Part shown: positions 25,306 to 38,469 of the stretch, piece after piece
Position numbering within the stretch: the first letter of the stretch is position 1
Layout: each line of letters opens with the position of its first letter
Assembly: GCA_003344405.1 (NCBI GenBank)
Contig: NOWV01000024.1
Location: forward strand, 1 to 64,000
Source: Trichoplax sp. H2
Taxonomy: Eukaryota
Length of the DNA stretch: 64,000 bases
Reading direction: 5' to 3'
Position numbers and translations under genes: made by a program
The notes under the pieces: generated by a model
Seen by the model: only the letters and a program-made list of their open reading frames with translations
Databases searched by the model: none
What the model was told of the DNA's origin: nothing

Positions 25306-27360
25306 GTTCCTTCCTGATATTTTATACTATCCTAATTTTCGATAGCAGATAAGATGATATACCCTTGATGTTTTTCACTTTTGGTAGCGCTATCGTCAGA
25401 GTCTAACTCTTCACTCTGCTGACAAAATTCTACTGAGAGAGCCGAGATACAAGCAAATCTTCTAAGGAAATTCCTTTTTTAAGTATTATGATGTATTCTT
25501 ATCTATTATAGGAGAGAAATAATGTAGTTATCGCTGTAATTATAGCAAGGCATAATTCAACCAATACGAATGCGGTCATTTCCTATATTTCTAGTACACT
25601 ATATCACAGCTCTAGTAGGTAATATCGTAGTACTATAACAGTATACCAAGAAAGCAATTTATCAACGACAGTATACTACTACAACTATAGGCAATATTGA
25701 ATGGTCATAGGGAAATAATTATATGCACATGTTAGCGAATTATTCTATTAAATGGATAAAAGAGCCCATTGCGAAACAATCCTAAAGAACCTTGACTTGG
25801 ATAATCTATGGGCTTATTATAACTCGTATTGAATATGACTCAATGACACCATATCAGAGATGTACTACTTTAGCTTTGACGAAATATAGCCATTAGTAGA
25901 AGTAGAGAGTAGCCAATAAGGCCTCCAACTGTTTGAATAAATAAGAAATAAATTAGCATGCATGAATATGCAAACGAGTAGCTTGGGATTGGCCAGCCAT
26001 TCCAGCTAGCCTTGTAATCACGCTATTCGAGATCGTATAGTGTGTCATAGAAGGTATCGCACACTTTGATACACTATAGTGCTTTTGTATGCACTGCCGC
26101 CACCACCCTCCATTCCACGGCCACGGACACTGAAGGAAAGTACAACCTTGCTGTATGACAGTATAATGTCTTGCTCATGAGGTAATCAATAAGCAATTTG
26201 TATCCATTTTGTGATCGGTATCTATGTGGACAGGATGAGATTTAGCTCAGTGCAAGCAAGCAGAACTTATTGCACACAGCTTTGCAAAGGTACCTCAGAA
26301 ATGGATTGCTATGAGCATTTTCTCCGATTGTATTAACCAATTTGAAAGATAGATATTGTATTATGCGATATTATTAATTGAAATCTTATAATGATACTTT
26401 ATTTTGTCAATTTTTTTAGCTCTTAAAGTCATCCACTTGCTCAATTGATGTGATAGCATTGATCACCTCTTGCAAGGCGTTGAACACTACATAATCCAAC
26501 TTCTCGGACGTGTATGCAAATCATTTTGGATTGAAAGGCAACGTTATATTAGTGGGCAAGGTATAAGAGGCTCATTTTAAAACCATCCTAGGGTATGGTA
26601 AGTCTAATAAGTATCCTGTTATATTTACTATGATCAAAAGTGATCAAATAGAGTATCGACTACTAGCCTATTTGCAAAACGGAGAGTAAGATGCTTCTAC
26701 CGAGCTTGCAGCCTTCTGCCAGCTTATTACTTATTTCTCTTGACTATCATATGGATATCTAGGCTGCTACGTATGACTTAAGTTGATAGCTATCCATTAG
26801 ACATCAAAGTCATTCTATAATTAGTTAATTGTAGCCAGTCGTTTGTAATATAAACTGGTGGCAAATCGTCCATCCTAATGCTGTACCACTCATCAATCGA
26901 TGGAGTACAGCTGAAGCATTCGTAAATATGACTGCATGAATTTTACTATGGTATAATCCAAGTTACATCTAGAAAACAATGTCTAGCCCAGGCTATTTTA
27001 AATTTAGTGAACATACTGCGAGTTAGTTACCTTCAGGATGATGCTGCAATAAATTCTTTAGCCATACTTTAACCATTGGAGAATTTTGCGCATAGTATGC
27101 TGACTTGTACAACTTTTGGTCAGTCAGGAGCAGCTGTTCTGCTTATAAACGGGCACAACAGCCATGAAGTTATACGAGTAATCATCATCATCGTCTTTAG
27201 AGACGCATTAATTTAAATACTAACCAGTTCTGTCTGCTGCTGTCTTTATAAGTAAATGTACTAACGTAAATGCGCTAACAACCATTAAGATAGAATTGTC
27301 ACCTTCAGAAAGCTATAAATTGAAATGCTGATAATATCTATTTTACAATTATAATGATAG

Positions 27361-29473
<2,113 letters not shown>

Positions 29474-29648
29474 ATTATGCGTAGCATGTATTATAAATAT
29501 ACAAGGGCAATATTTATATAATCATATTTTAAAGTTTTTGGCTACAGTTTTATCATTTGAAGTATATTCCGAGATGTAATGTAACATATACATGTGAATA
29601 AATCGGCTATTGCCCGAGCACAAATTGATAGATTAGCAATTTTCGACT

Positions 29649-32600
29649 TTATTTCTTAGAATGTAATAAATGTAAAGCTAACGCTTCATCGTCAGCTAGA
29701 TTATCGTTCCATAACTCGGCATCTGATTTTATTTTTCGTTTCTTGCTTCGATGGCTAAAGCAGAAGTTAGATATATCAGAAGAAGAGAGTATTTACTTGG
29801 CTAGCAACAAAATTTATTACAGAATATGACAAAGTAAAAATAATTTAAACCATTATTTGATAAATATGTAACGATTGTAAAGTAGTTCTTGCCTGGTTTC
29901 TTCAACTTCTTCATCATTTGGTGAGCTCTCGTAATTTGGTGATAATCTATCAGGGTCATTAATTGCACCTGTTGACAGGGTCGCTGGTTGATTCTAGTTA
30001 TAACAGGATGAAGGATTAATAATAATTATTATTTAAATTAAGAATTAATGACGAGATTTATATACCTGTCCAAGACGTCGCTCATTTTTTTCTTTTAGTC
30101 TTTTTTTCTGTTTTAAATTAATTATCAAATGCGCACAGTTTTAATAACGGCATGCATCTGGTATAAATGTGTAAATTAATCATTTATGTTAAACCCTTAC
30201 ACGATGTTTTTCTCGAATCTTTTCTCGGTAACTTTTTTTATCTTGTGAGTCAGCCATTTTAATCATAGCTTTAGATTCCTTCAAATCTATGCCTCCGACT
30301 TCTTCAGGTACATTCTTCAAATCGTTGGCAGGTATAATATTGGCTTCTGTAGAATCCACGGTATTCTCCGATGTCTGCATTACTCCAGAAACATGGACAG
30401 CCTATATAATAGATCAGCATCAATTTATTTTAACGCGCAAACAGCCACGCGTTATAATACTGTGAAACGTAAATGTATTTGTTACGCACTTCTCCATCGT
30501 CATCAAAAATGATCTTGGAGTTCGATTTGATGTTCTTGCGTAAAATTTTCTTTGCAATAGCAGCTTTAGTCTTTACTTTCTGTACTTTAGATTCCTCTTC
30601 ATCCAGCACATTCTTTTTAAAAATTGATCAAAAGTAAGTTTATTATAAACTATATAAATCTACAATAACAACAATTACAATTATATGCAATTAACGTACT
30701 ATTTCGGCATGCGTCACATGATGACCGGTTTTTTTTTTGACGAGAAGGTCATCATGTTCTTCTATGTCACTTTCATCCTCAAAGTCTGCTATTTTAACTT
30801 TATTCGTACTTTCGAAATCGAGCGATGCCTTGTCTGCATTTTTGTTATTATTAGAAGGACCAATCTTCTTTTCCAGTCTCTAAATATTTTAAGACATGTT
30901 CATGATGATAGCAATTCGTATTGGATAGACAGTTTATTGAATTAGTATGGTATATTAGCTCCCAAACCTTCATAAAACGTATCCTGGGAGGATTCATCAA
31001 ACCCAGTGATCTGTGTAATTTGTCGAATATGAAGCTTTTAAGTCTTACATAAAGTTACCTAACATGGATTTCAACACACACTATAAAATCTATCACAGTT
31101 GCAAGTAAGACATCAACTAGTTGACCTTGCAAATTCCTCCATAGGTAGCTTGTGCACATCAAAGACATCTTTATTGCCTTGCAGGAAAACGGAGCGAGCA
31201 TACGAAATACAGCACTAGAAAGGATTTAAAATGGTAAAGTTATAGTTCATACGTTAATCCTTTGATAGCATCAAAAAATTTAACATCGAAATTCTAATTA
31301 ATAGTTAAATTTACTTTTTGAGCCCAGTGCTTAATTTCGACATCCTTCACGCACAATGCTTCTAACTTTTTACTAATCGACATCAGCTTGCTTGGATTTA
31401 CACTAACGTAGGAATAAACGAGTAATACTTAGCGTTAGCGCGACAATTTATTGACCGAAAGCATGTCATTATAAATCCAACCGAATAGATGTTAGATTTA
31501 ATTTTTTCTTTTTCAATTCCTGTAACGACAATAGAAGGTAATTTTAGCATCTCATAAAGCGCTATAAAATTCTCCTATTGCAGTTATTTGTTCATTTACC
31601 TCAAGCATACCCTCTTCTTCTGATGGGAGCAAAACAAGTAATGCTTGACCATCTTTTTGGTATCTGTGGTATAACAGGAATGTGATTTAGACAAGAAATA
31701 CAGCAAGCAGTGCCGTACAGGAGAAGTATCGGCTTTAAGACAAACCTCGCAGTTCTTCCAGCTCTATGAATATATGTATTTGCATCCTCCGGGCAATCGA
31801 GCTGCACAACCCAGTCTACAGCTGGGAAGTCTAGTTACGGTGTTTAAGATTGGAATAGATTTAGTAATATAATTACGTGCCTCCGCTAGCCTTATAATTT
31901 AATCATTTACCTAGGCCTCTTGCGGCAATATCTGTTGCGAATAATACAGCTTCAGATCTTCGACAGAATTCGTTGTAAATAGCCATTCGTTTCAGTTGCT
32001 TCTGTTTGCCATACAACGCTAACAATGGTATACCAGGACGCAATCGCCGGAAAGCTTCATAAACAAATTTTACCTAACAGGAATGGAAATAAAATTATGA
32101 TAGCTGATATGTAATAGGTATTTAATTGAATTGAAAATTTATTATTGTGATCCTACCTGTTTACAGCTAGACATAAATATTAAAATTTTACTTTTTATAT
32201 GATTTCTTATGAAAGAAAACAGCAAGTTCATTTTGTCTTGTAACTCACAGACCATATAACTCTATACGAATTATGACCAGTTCAAATATAGATAATTTAG
32301 GATTTCATATATATATAAAGTTACAACGTTTCATAGAGCTTACCTGCTTTAATCTGCTCGGTGTGCTTGATGTAGAATTCTCATGCACAGATACGTACGC
32401 TGGCTCCTATTATTGTAAAGTCGTTATCATTAGTATTACAATTTTTGAATCTCCTGCATGTACTGGGTAATAAGGATACTTACGTTTAAGCTCAACCTTG
32501 CTAAATCCTTCACAGATCTATTATGAAATTATAAACACAGTAAATAGTGGTAATTGTAAAAATTTCTTAACGCTGATTCGATCTAGGACAGAATTAAAAT

Positions 32601-35054
32601 TGATCATTCTAATTTATTGCGAGCAATTAGTAAACTAACTTAGTTTGCGTTGCCGAGAATAATAAAGTTTGACGTTCATCAGGAATATTTTCAAGGATAG
32701 CATTCATAGTATCCGCGAATCCCATATCTAATATTCTATCAGCTTCATCCAGCACTATTAATCCGAACGTATTTAAACATATAGCGATACAATGTTAAAT
32801 ATAATATAACTTGTTTACTTATTAAATGATGTCATTGCAAGATTTCTACCTAATAATTGTAAGTTATTGCAATCAAAGTTCGGTGTTTCATCCATGTGCT
32901 GCAGTAGGCGACCAGGTGTGGAAACAATAATGTTAGTAGCTATTATGCTACGTTGTTCTTCTTCCATACTCTTTATGAAGTAATAAATTGTTTTGAATAT
33001 AATTTAATAACTATAAACTCATAAGGTTATTGAAATTAAGCTACAGCGACTTTTAATACAGTCGATCAGGTGAAAATAATAGATGATATGCCAGCTAGCA
33101 AAATCTAATTCTAACCTTTCCACCTATGACTAAGCCAGCAGACATGTCATGTTTTTTACCAATTTTTCGTAAAACCTCGAATGTCTGATAGGCCTATTCA
33201 CATTTATTAAAATAATAATAATAATAACAATATAAATAACTCTTTTTCAAATACGACTGCTTTACCTATCATCTATAAAGATCTACAAACCAATTCTCGC
33301 GTTGGGGAAATGATTATAGCACCAATTCCATCCATAGAAGACCATTTCTGCTGCCACAATAATTCTAGTATCTAGTACAATTAGGGATGATATATTAAAT
33401 ATCATAACATTGAATATACATTGCACGAATTTCACTGTTAACTGGACTATATTTCTTATTGTTTGTATTATCATGATGAGAATTTTTCTATAGCTCACAG
33501 GTATGATAAAGGCTAAAGTTTTACCAGAACCAGTTTTCGCAGCTCCTAACACATCACGACCAGATAAAGCAATGGGTATTGATTCTTTCTGAATTTTTGT
33601 TGGAATCTCGTACTTTGCTTCTTTCAAGGCTAGGTATAATAACAGAATAAATACATGAATAGATGACATCGGTTAATTCTATCTTTTGTATAGTTCTTCC
33701 TAAGCAACGTTCTATATAGACTATGTAGTTTTTTCGATTTAATTCATATATAATATTTGTGGTAAACTGAAATAGTATGGCCTACTTCAAGCAATTTTCT
33801 ACTAGGACAGTGCCGTCGTATAGTAAGCAAACTGTGAGGGAATTGCAGCAACGCCATACCATGGTTTTAGTTAGTGAGTAATATATGGTATGTATAACTT
33901 TTTCAACTTATTTAAGACGGTAATGTAGCACATTAATGTATACGATATTTGATCTAATAATCCAAGTAGTGAAGGTATTCCATACCAATTTGAGTTCGTG
34001 ATGAAAGAGGAAAGTCTGTGAATTCTTGAGGATTTTCCACCGAAATCTACAATGGGGAGTAATAGATGTAAAATGATTTATATGAGTTAATGAGAATAAC
34101 TTAAGATATCATGTTCCATTGATACTGCACCAATGATTGAGATCAAATAAATTTGTGTCTATCTGACATGGACAGATTAGCAAATCCTTACAAACGATAA
34201 ATATACTGGAGTATTACCACGTTATACAAGTCAATCAGTTTGGAACCAGTAGCATGCATGCAAACCCGTCAGAATATTGCTATCATTACTACTGGGGTTA
34301 GCATGCGCCATAGCAGCTACTCCATACTATGGCATCAACTTCGTTTCAATATTCATTATTATCAACTAGCAATTGATATTATACTGTCCTAGCTAATATC
34401 CATTTCACTGCTAATCATTGCAGTAGCTCGTAACATTATCAAATTTAGGAGTTCCATACAGCAGAGATACAGTATTCCTATCTTGCAAAAATAATGCCTG
34501 TACTCCGTCTAATGGCGTCATTAATGAGGTAGTGATATAACTTTATGTAATACTTGTTAACTTATGGAAATTTGGCTATTGATGATACCTGGAAGTAACA
34601 ACCTAATTATACGACGTGGTGTTCTACGTGTACAGTAGTTCATTTATGGTTGTATCAATTGGACATGGCAATGCTTGGAGACAGCTTCAAAGTTGGGTCA
34701 TCATTCCAAGACTGTAATCTTGTCCAATATGAATATATTAAATGTACTCGTTAACACGCATTTTGTAACGAATTCATTTTACACCAGCTATGATGGAGGA
34801 GAAATGCCTTGCTTAACAATTATCTGCATAGCTTTTGCTTATTTAAGCTATATAGCTCGACAAGGGACAATTCTGCATCAAAGTCTAATCATGGATCAAA
34901 TTGTTTGCATACTTGTGCAATACACTCGTCTAAGATCAGTTTTGCCTTTCTATATCACTATTAGACTTACATTTTTACACAGTTGCGTATATTTTTCGAT
35001 CTCTTCATCGTCAGCGAATCCCTTTTTCTTCTTGGAGTCCTTCTTAGAAGCCAT
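29649..35054 (-). CDS. DDX10: DEAD-box RNA helicase DDX10/Dbp4 (multi-exon)
   Basis: Start MASKKDSKK at 35054. Motifs across exons: [76 protein letters not shown]. The C-terminus [16 protein letters not shown] resembles DDX10; the stop is at 29649-29651. Confidence 0.95.
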
Positions 35055-35872
35055 TGTGGACAAATTAGGTATGCTGCCGAGCCACTTTGCAGGCTGGAAG
35101 CCTTGGTGATGCCGGGAGGTTATAGAATACTGTATTGCATGTGCTTCCTGTCCATACAATTCCAACAAGGTGCTAAACTACGAGTCAATACTGTATTGGC
35201 TGAACTCATGAATAGGCTACTATATTGGAAAGCGTCGTATACAGACAGCCCGGACAATAGGATGCCTCGACAGGATCACATGCAGTCTAGTACAGTCAAC
35301 TTAAAGTGTTGTTAAAGTACAGTAATACACTGGGCCACAAGTACGTGTATCGTACACTACACTGTGGTTAAAGGGATCGCAAACTCGAGGTTGTACCGTA
35401 GATGTCATACGACCCCAAGTGAAACGACTATCGCACGAAGCACTGGTAGAAATTACTATGGTCCTCAAGTACAGGTCGAGGTTCTATAGTAAAGCAGTCA
35501 AAGCGAACGGGCTGTATGAGCTGCAGAAGACACCCTTGCAAATGACGACAATGCTCTTGCGCAGATCGAGCACTCGAGCATGACAACCGAAGTGAGATGT
35601 ATGAAGCACTGGTGGGTGTCGCTCTGGTCGAGCTGACGCATTTCTTAGCAACCTTGCATCGATTAATCGCTGCAAAGCAAACCGGCGACAAGCTTAAATC
35701 CATCATGCGCTCCCTAATCCTGTAAACGCATATTAGATACAGCATTGAGTGTAATCTATGCTCTAAAGATTACTAGGAAATCGTTACCAAGATCGCAAGA
35801 CTTTGCTGCGAGAAGGGAAGCCGTTATTGCTTCTGGCGGATAGTGAATTGGATTGATGCAAGACGTGCAAAG

Positions 35873-35912
35873 TAGCTAGCTAGCTCGCTCGCTCGCTCGC
35901 TCGCTCAGCTCA
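35873..35912. repeat. Compound tetranucleotide microsatellite (TAGC)n(GCTC)n just upstream of the TAF1B ATG
   Basis: tagctagctagctcgctcgctcgctcgctcgctcagctca read directly. Confidence 0.9.
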
Positions 35913-35915
35913 GTA

Positions 35916-37814
35916 ATGCCAAGGTGTGCGATATGTGATAGCCAATCATTCGAGGTAGTCGATGGATATCACTACTGCGATCTATGTGGAACACAATCTC
36001 AGGCTGTTTTTGAATCAGCTACTGGTGATGAAGGCGCTACAGTACTTCTTGGACGAGCAGTAAGTCGAAGTAGAAGATCTCTGGGTGGTATGCCAAGAAA
36101 AGTTGTAGATAAAGGTGTGATATGGTATACTAGCGAAGGCTTCACTTTTGTTATCAAAGCACAAGTTGAACAACTTATTAAGTTAGGTGCTGATCCAAAG
36201 TTACAACATGTCGTACGACAGCTATGGTTTGGATACTTGAAAAAAATTGGAATTGCATTCCAAGAATCGACCTCAAAGGCTCAACAAGAAACGATTCGTG
36301 AATTATATCGCGGAACGAATCGAGATGTCATTCAAGTTACCAAAGACAATCCTATTCCGTTAAAAACTCGAAAAAGAAAACGCAAACCTGCTAAACTCGA
36401 TGTAATTGATTCAGCTTTTCTGAATTCTCAACTAACTTCGGATGATTTCTATCCGGAAGATGATCCATTTAACGAACCAACAGCGGGTAGTCCAGATAAA
36501 TCGTATATCAGTAGTGATTCTGATGATGATAACCAAAATGATCCACAAATTAGCATGCCCGATCCGTCCATTATTTCTGGATCAGTCAGTGATTTATTTA
36601 TGTCAGGAAGTATGCCTAAAGGTAAACTTGCAATGATTTTGCAGATGAAGCAGTGCTATACTATTGTGTTTTGCTGCTTAGGCTTGCGTTGGATAAATGA
36701 GCTAATATTGCCGAGTGACGTTATTAATTGGATAGAAGACGGAGCTGTCTCTTATCTCGATGTATCTGATATTCTACCAGCATCTATGAAATTTTCCTCT
36801 TCCGATCACTTAACATTTTGTAAACAGTATTTACCTTCGACCACTCTGATTGAAAATTACATGAAGGACCTTGCTCGTGCTCTTGAGTTACCTCCGTTTC
36901 CTATTCCTGATTTACAATTGCTGACTGGAAGATTTATATTAGATTTGCAGTTACCTCCAGTCTTTCATCGTTTAGTGAACATCATTATATCCAAGTGTGA
37001 TATCTTTAAAACAAATAAAAGTAGCAACATGGTTACCATTACCTTTTGCATCAGCACTGCAGCCATGGCGATTGTAATTCTTGTAGTAAAATCAATTTAT
37101 GTATTGGATGATAATCAAGAGCATTTATTAGCTAAATACAGTGAGAGCGTGGCTGACAATGGTAATCTCAGCGATAGTGTTTGGGTGTGGGAAGAATGGA
37201 TCAATTTTATTGAAGCTAGAATTTTCAGTAATGCTACAGCTAGTTTACCCTGGTCATTAGATAGTTTAAAATATTTCAAGGATTGGGATCGCTACATTGC
37301 ATATTGTCGAGAAAAGGTTTTCGGTAGTTGGAAACCAAGAGTGGCCTATAACCGTGACAGAAAGATCATTAATGCTGAAAATATTGAAGCTTTATTATCG
37401 GATTCTTCCCGACACTCAGACGACGAACATCTTGATTTAGATTCTAGGAAATATCGATCAAAACTATCCACTTTTCCTGTATCAGGTGGTTCTAATAATC
37501 AAAATGCATTTAAGCCAGTTCGACACATACCACTGTCGAAACTTGATGTTCTGCTTTCGTCAGAGAATGAGGACGGATTTTGGAATTATTACGTTCAATA
37601 TTGTAGTTTTGATGAGATTTATAAAGTTCGCCCCTTTAAGAATTATAAAAAGGATGTAGTTATTGACCAAAATGATGCGATGACATTTCATAAGTCCTAT
37701 AATCTTTTATTAAATATTTGTTCTAGGATAATTAAAGTTACACCTTTAGATTTGCACCGCAGAGTCGCTTATTTCGAGCGATATTTATTTTCCTTATCTG
37801 GAAGAAGGTGGTAA
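35916..37814 (+). CDS. TAF1B: TBP-associated factor RNA polymerase I subunit B (Rrn7 homolog), single exon, 632 aa
   Basis: N-terminal zinc ribbon C-x2-C...DGYHYC-x2-CG; WYTSEGF..IKAQVEQL..LG....L...V..LW..YL; IVFCCLGLRWINE.ILPSDVI.W...G.V.YL; RFILDLQLP. These are the motifs of the TFIIB-like Rrn7/TAF1B family. Confidence 0.9.
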   Translation: MPRCAICDSQSFEVVDGYHYCDLCGTQSQAVFESATGDEGATVLLGRAVSRSRRSLGGMPRKVVDKGVIWYTSEGFTFVIKAQVEQLIKLGADPKLQHVVRQLWFGYLKKIGIAFQESTSKAQQETIRELYRGTNRDVIQVTKDNPIPLKTRKRKRKPAKLDVIDSAFLNSQLTSDDFYPEDDPFNEPTAGSPDKSYISSDSDDDNQNDPQISMPDPSIISGSVSDLFMSGSMPKGKLAMILQMKQCYTIVFCCLGLRWINELILPSDVINWIEDGAVSYLDVSDILPASMKFSSSDHLTFCKQYLPSTTLIENYMKDLARALELPPFPIPDLQLLTGRFILDLQLPPVFHRLVNIIISKCDIFKTNKSSNMVTITFCISTAAMAIVILVVKSIYVLDDNQEHLLAKYSESVADNGNLSDSVWVWEEWINFIEARIFSNATASLPWSLDSLKYFKDWDRYIAYCREKVFGSWKPRVAYNRDRKIINAENIEALLSDSSRHSDDEHLDLDSRKYRSKLSTFPVSGGSNNQNAFKPVRHIPLSKLDVLLSSENEDGFWNYYVQYCSFDEIYKVRPFKNYKKDVVIDQNDAMTFHKSYNLLLNICSRIIKVTPLDLHRRVAYFERYLFSLSGRRW

Positions 37815-38259
37815 ATCTTATGCGTAGGTGTTTATAGCAATTTTTTGTGACTTGATCTGACGTATTCTATAGATTACTCAATTGAATTTATTTACTGGCA
37901 GTAGCTGATAGCTATATGCACTAACTATATTATTAGCTTGTCCATTACTGTGTCCCTTGTATATGTCTTTGTTAATATCGCTGAAAGTAATTAGACTTCA
38001 AGTCTCATCATGTTTAATGATGCCTGAATGCAAGGAAAATGTTTATTTTGAAGTACTAACATGAGCATTTCCTGTCGTGTAATAACCCCTATGGATACAC
38101 TTAGAGAACGTTGGATGTATACAGAAATTAATTCGTCATAAGAATGCACTCGTTAATATTTGTACCCTTTATAATTTCAGTTTAAACTAGCCTAATTTAC
38201 CTTCAGTGAAATAACAGGATAATCGAGTGCCGGCAGATTTAAAACTGTGATTATGCAAC

Positions 38260-38281
38260 TTACGTAATGACGTAATGACGT
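38260..38281. promoter_or_regulatory. Tandem bZIP sites TTACGTAA-TGACGTAA-TGACGT
   Basis: Three ACGT-core sites in 8-bp register about 190 bp upstream of the putative CAP-Gly gene start; another TGACGT occurs near 38337. Confidence 0.45.
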
Positions 38282-38469
38282 TTTGATCAAGTGATAAATC
38301 TTAAGAGTTTTCATTATTCTCGTAATCCATGTCAAATGACGTGCAAGGCTGCTGTGATACTACTGTAAATTGATTGCTGGTCAATCCGTAAAATTTTATT
38401 ATTATGCAATACCTTACTTTCTAGATGTAAATAACAATTCTTTTGAACTTGCTCTTACGAATCTACAAT

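Larger units (their letters stand above)
24442..25606. repeat. Near-identical duplicated segment on both sides of an assembly gap (24442-24834 vs 24855-25606), probably two uncollapsed haplotypes
   Basis: Both copies start 'agagttatgccaataag' and end 'agtacactatatca'. They differ by scattered SNPs, small indels and one insertion. Copy 1 ends, and copy 2 starts, exactly at the N run. Confidence 0.9.

Noticed and set aside
26235..26580. In-frame TGA followed by Cys (LLN*CDS) in a spliced frame, suggesting a selenoprotein
   Set aside because: No similarity to a selenoprotein family I recognise and no identifiable SECIS; a uORF stop is the simpler explanation.
34675..35745. Several 63-144 aa ORFs between or overlapping DDX10 exon 1 and TAF1B
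   Set aside because: They are shadow ORFs in GC-richer promoter/UTR DNA with no domain features; only the MASKK segment belongs to DDX10.
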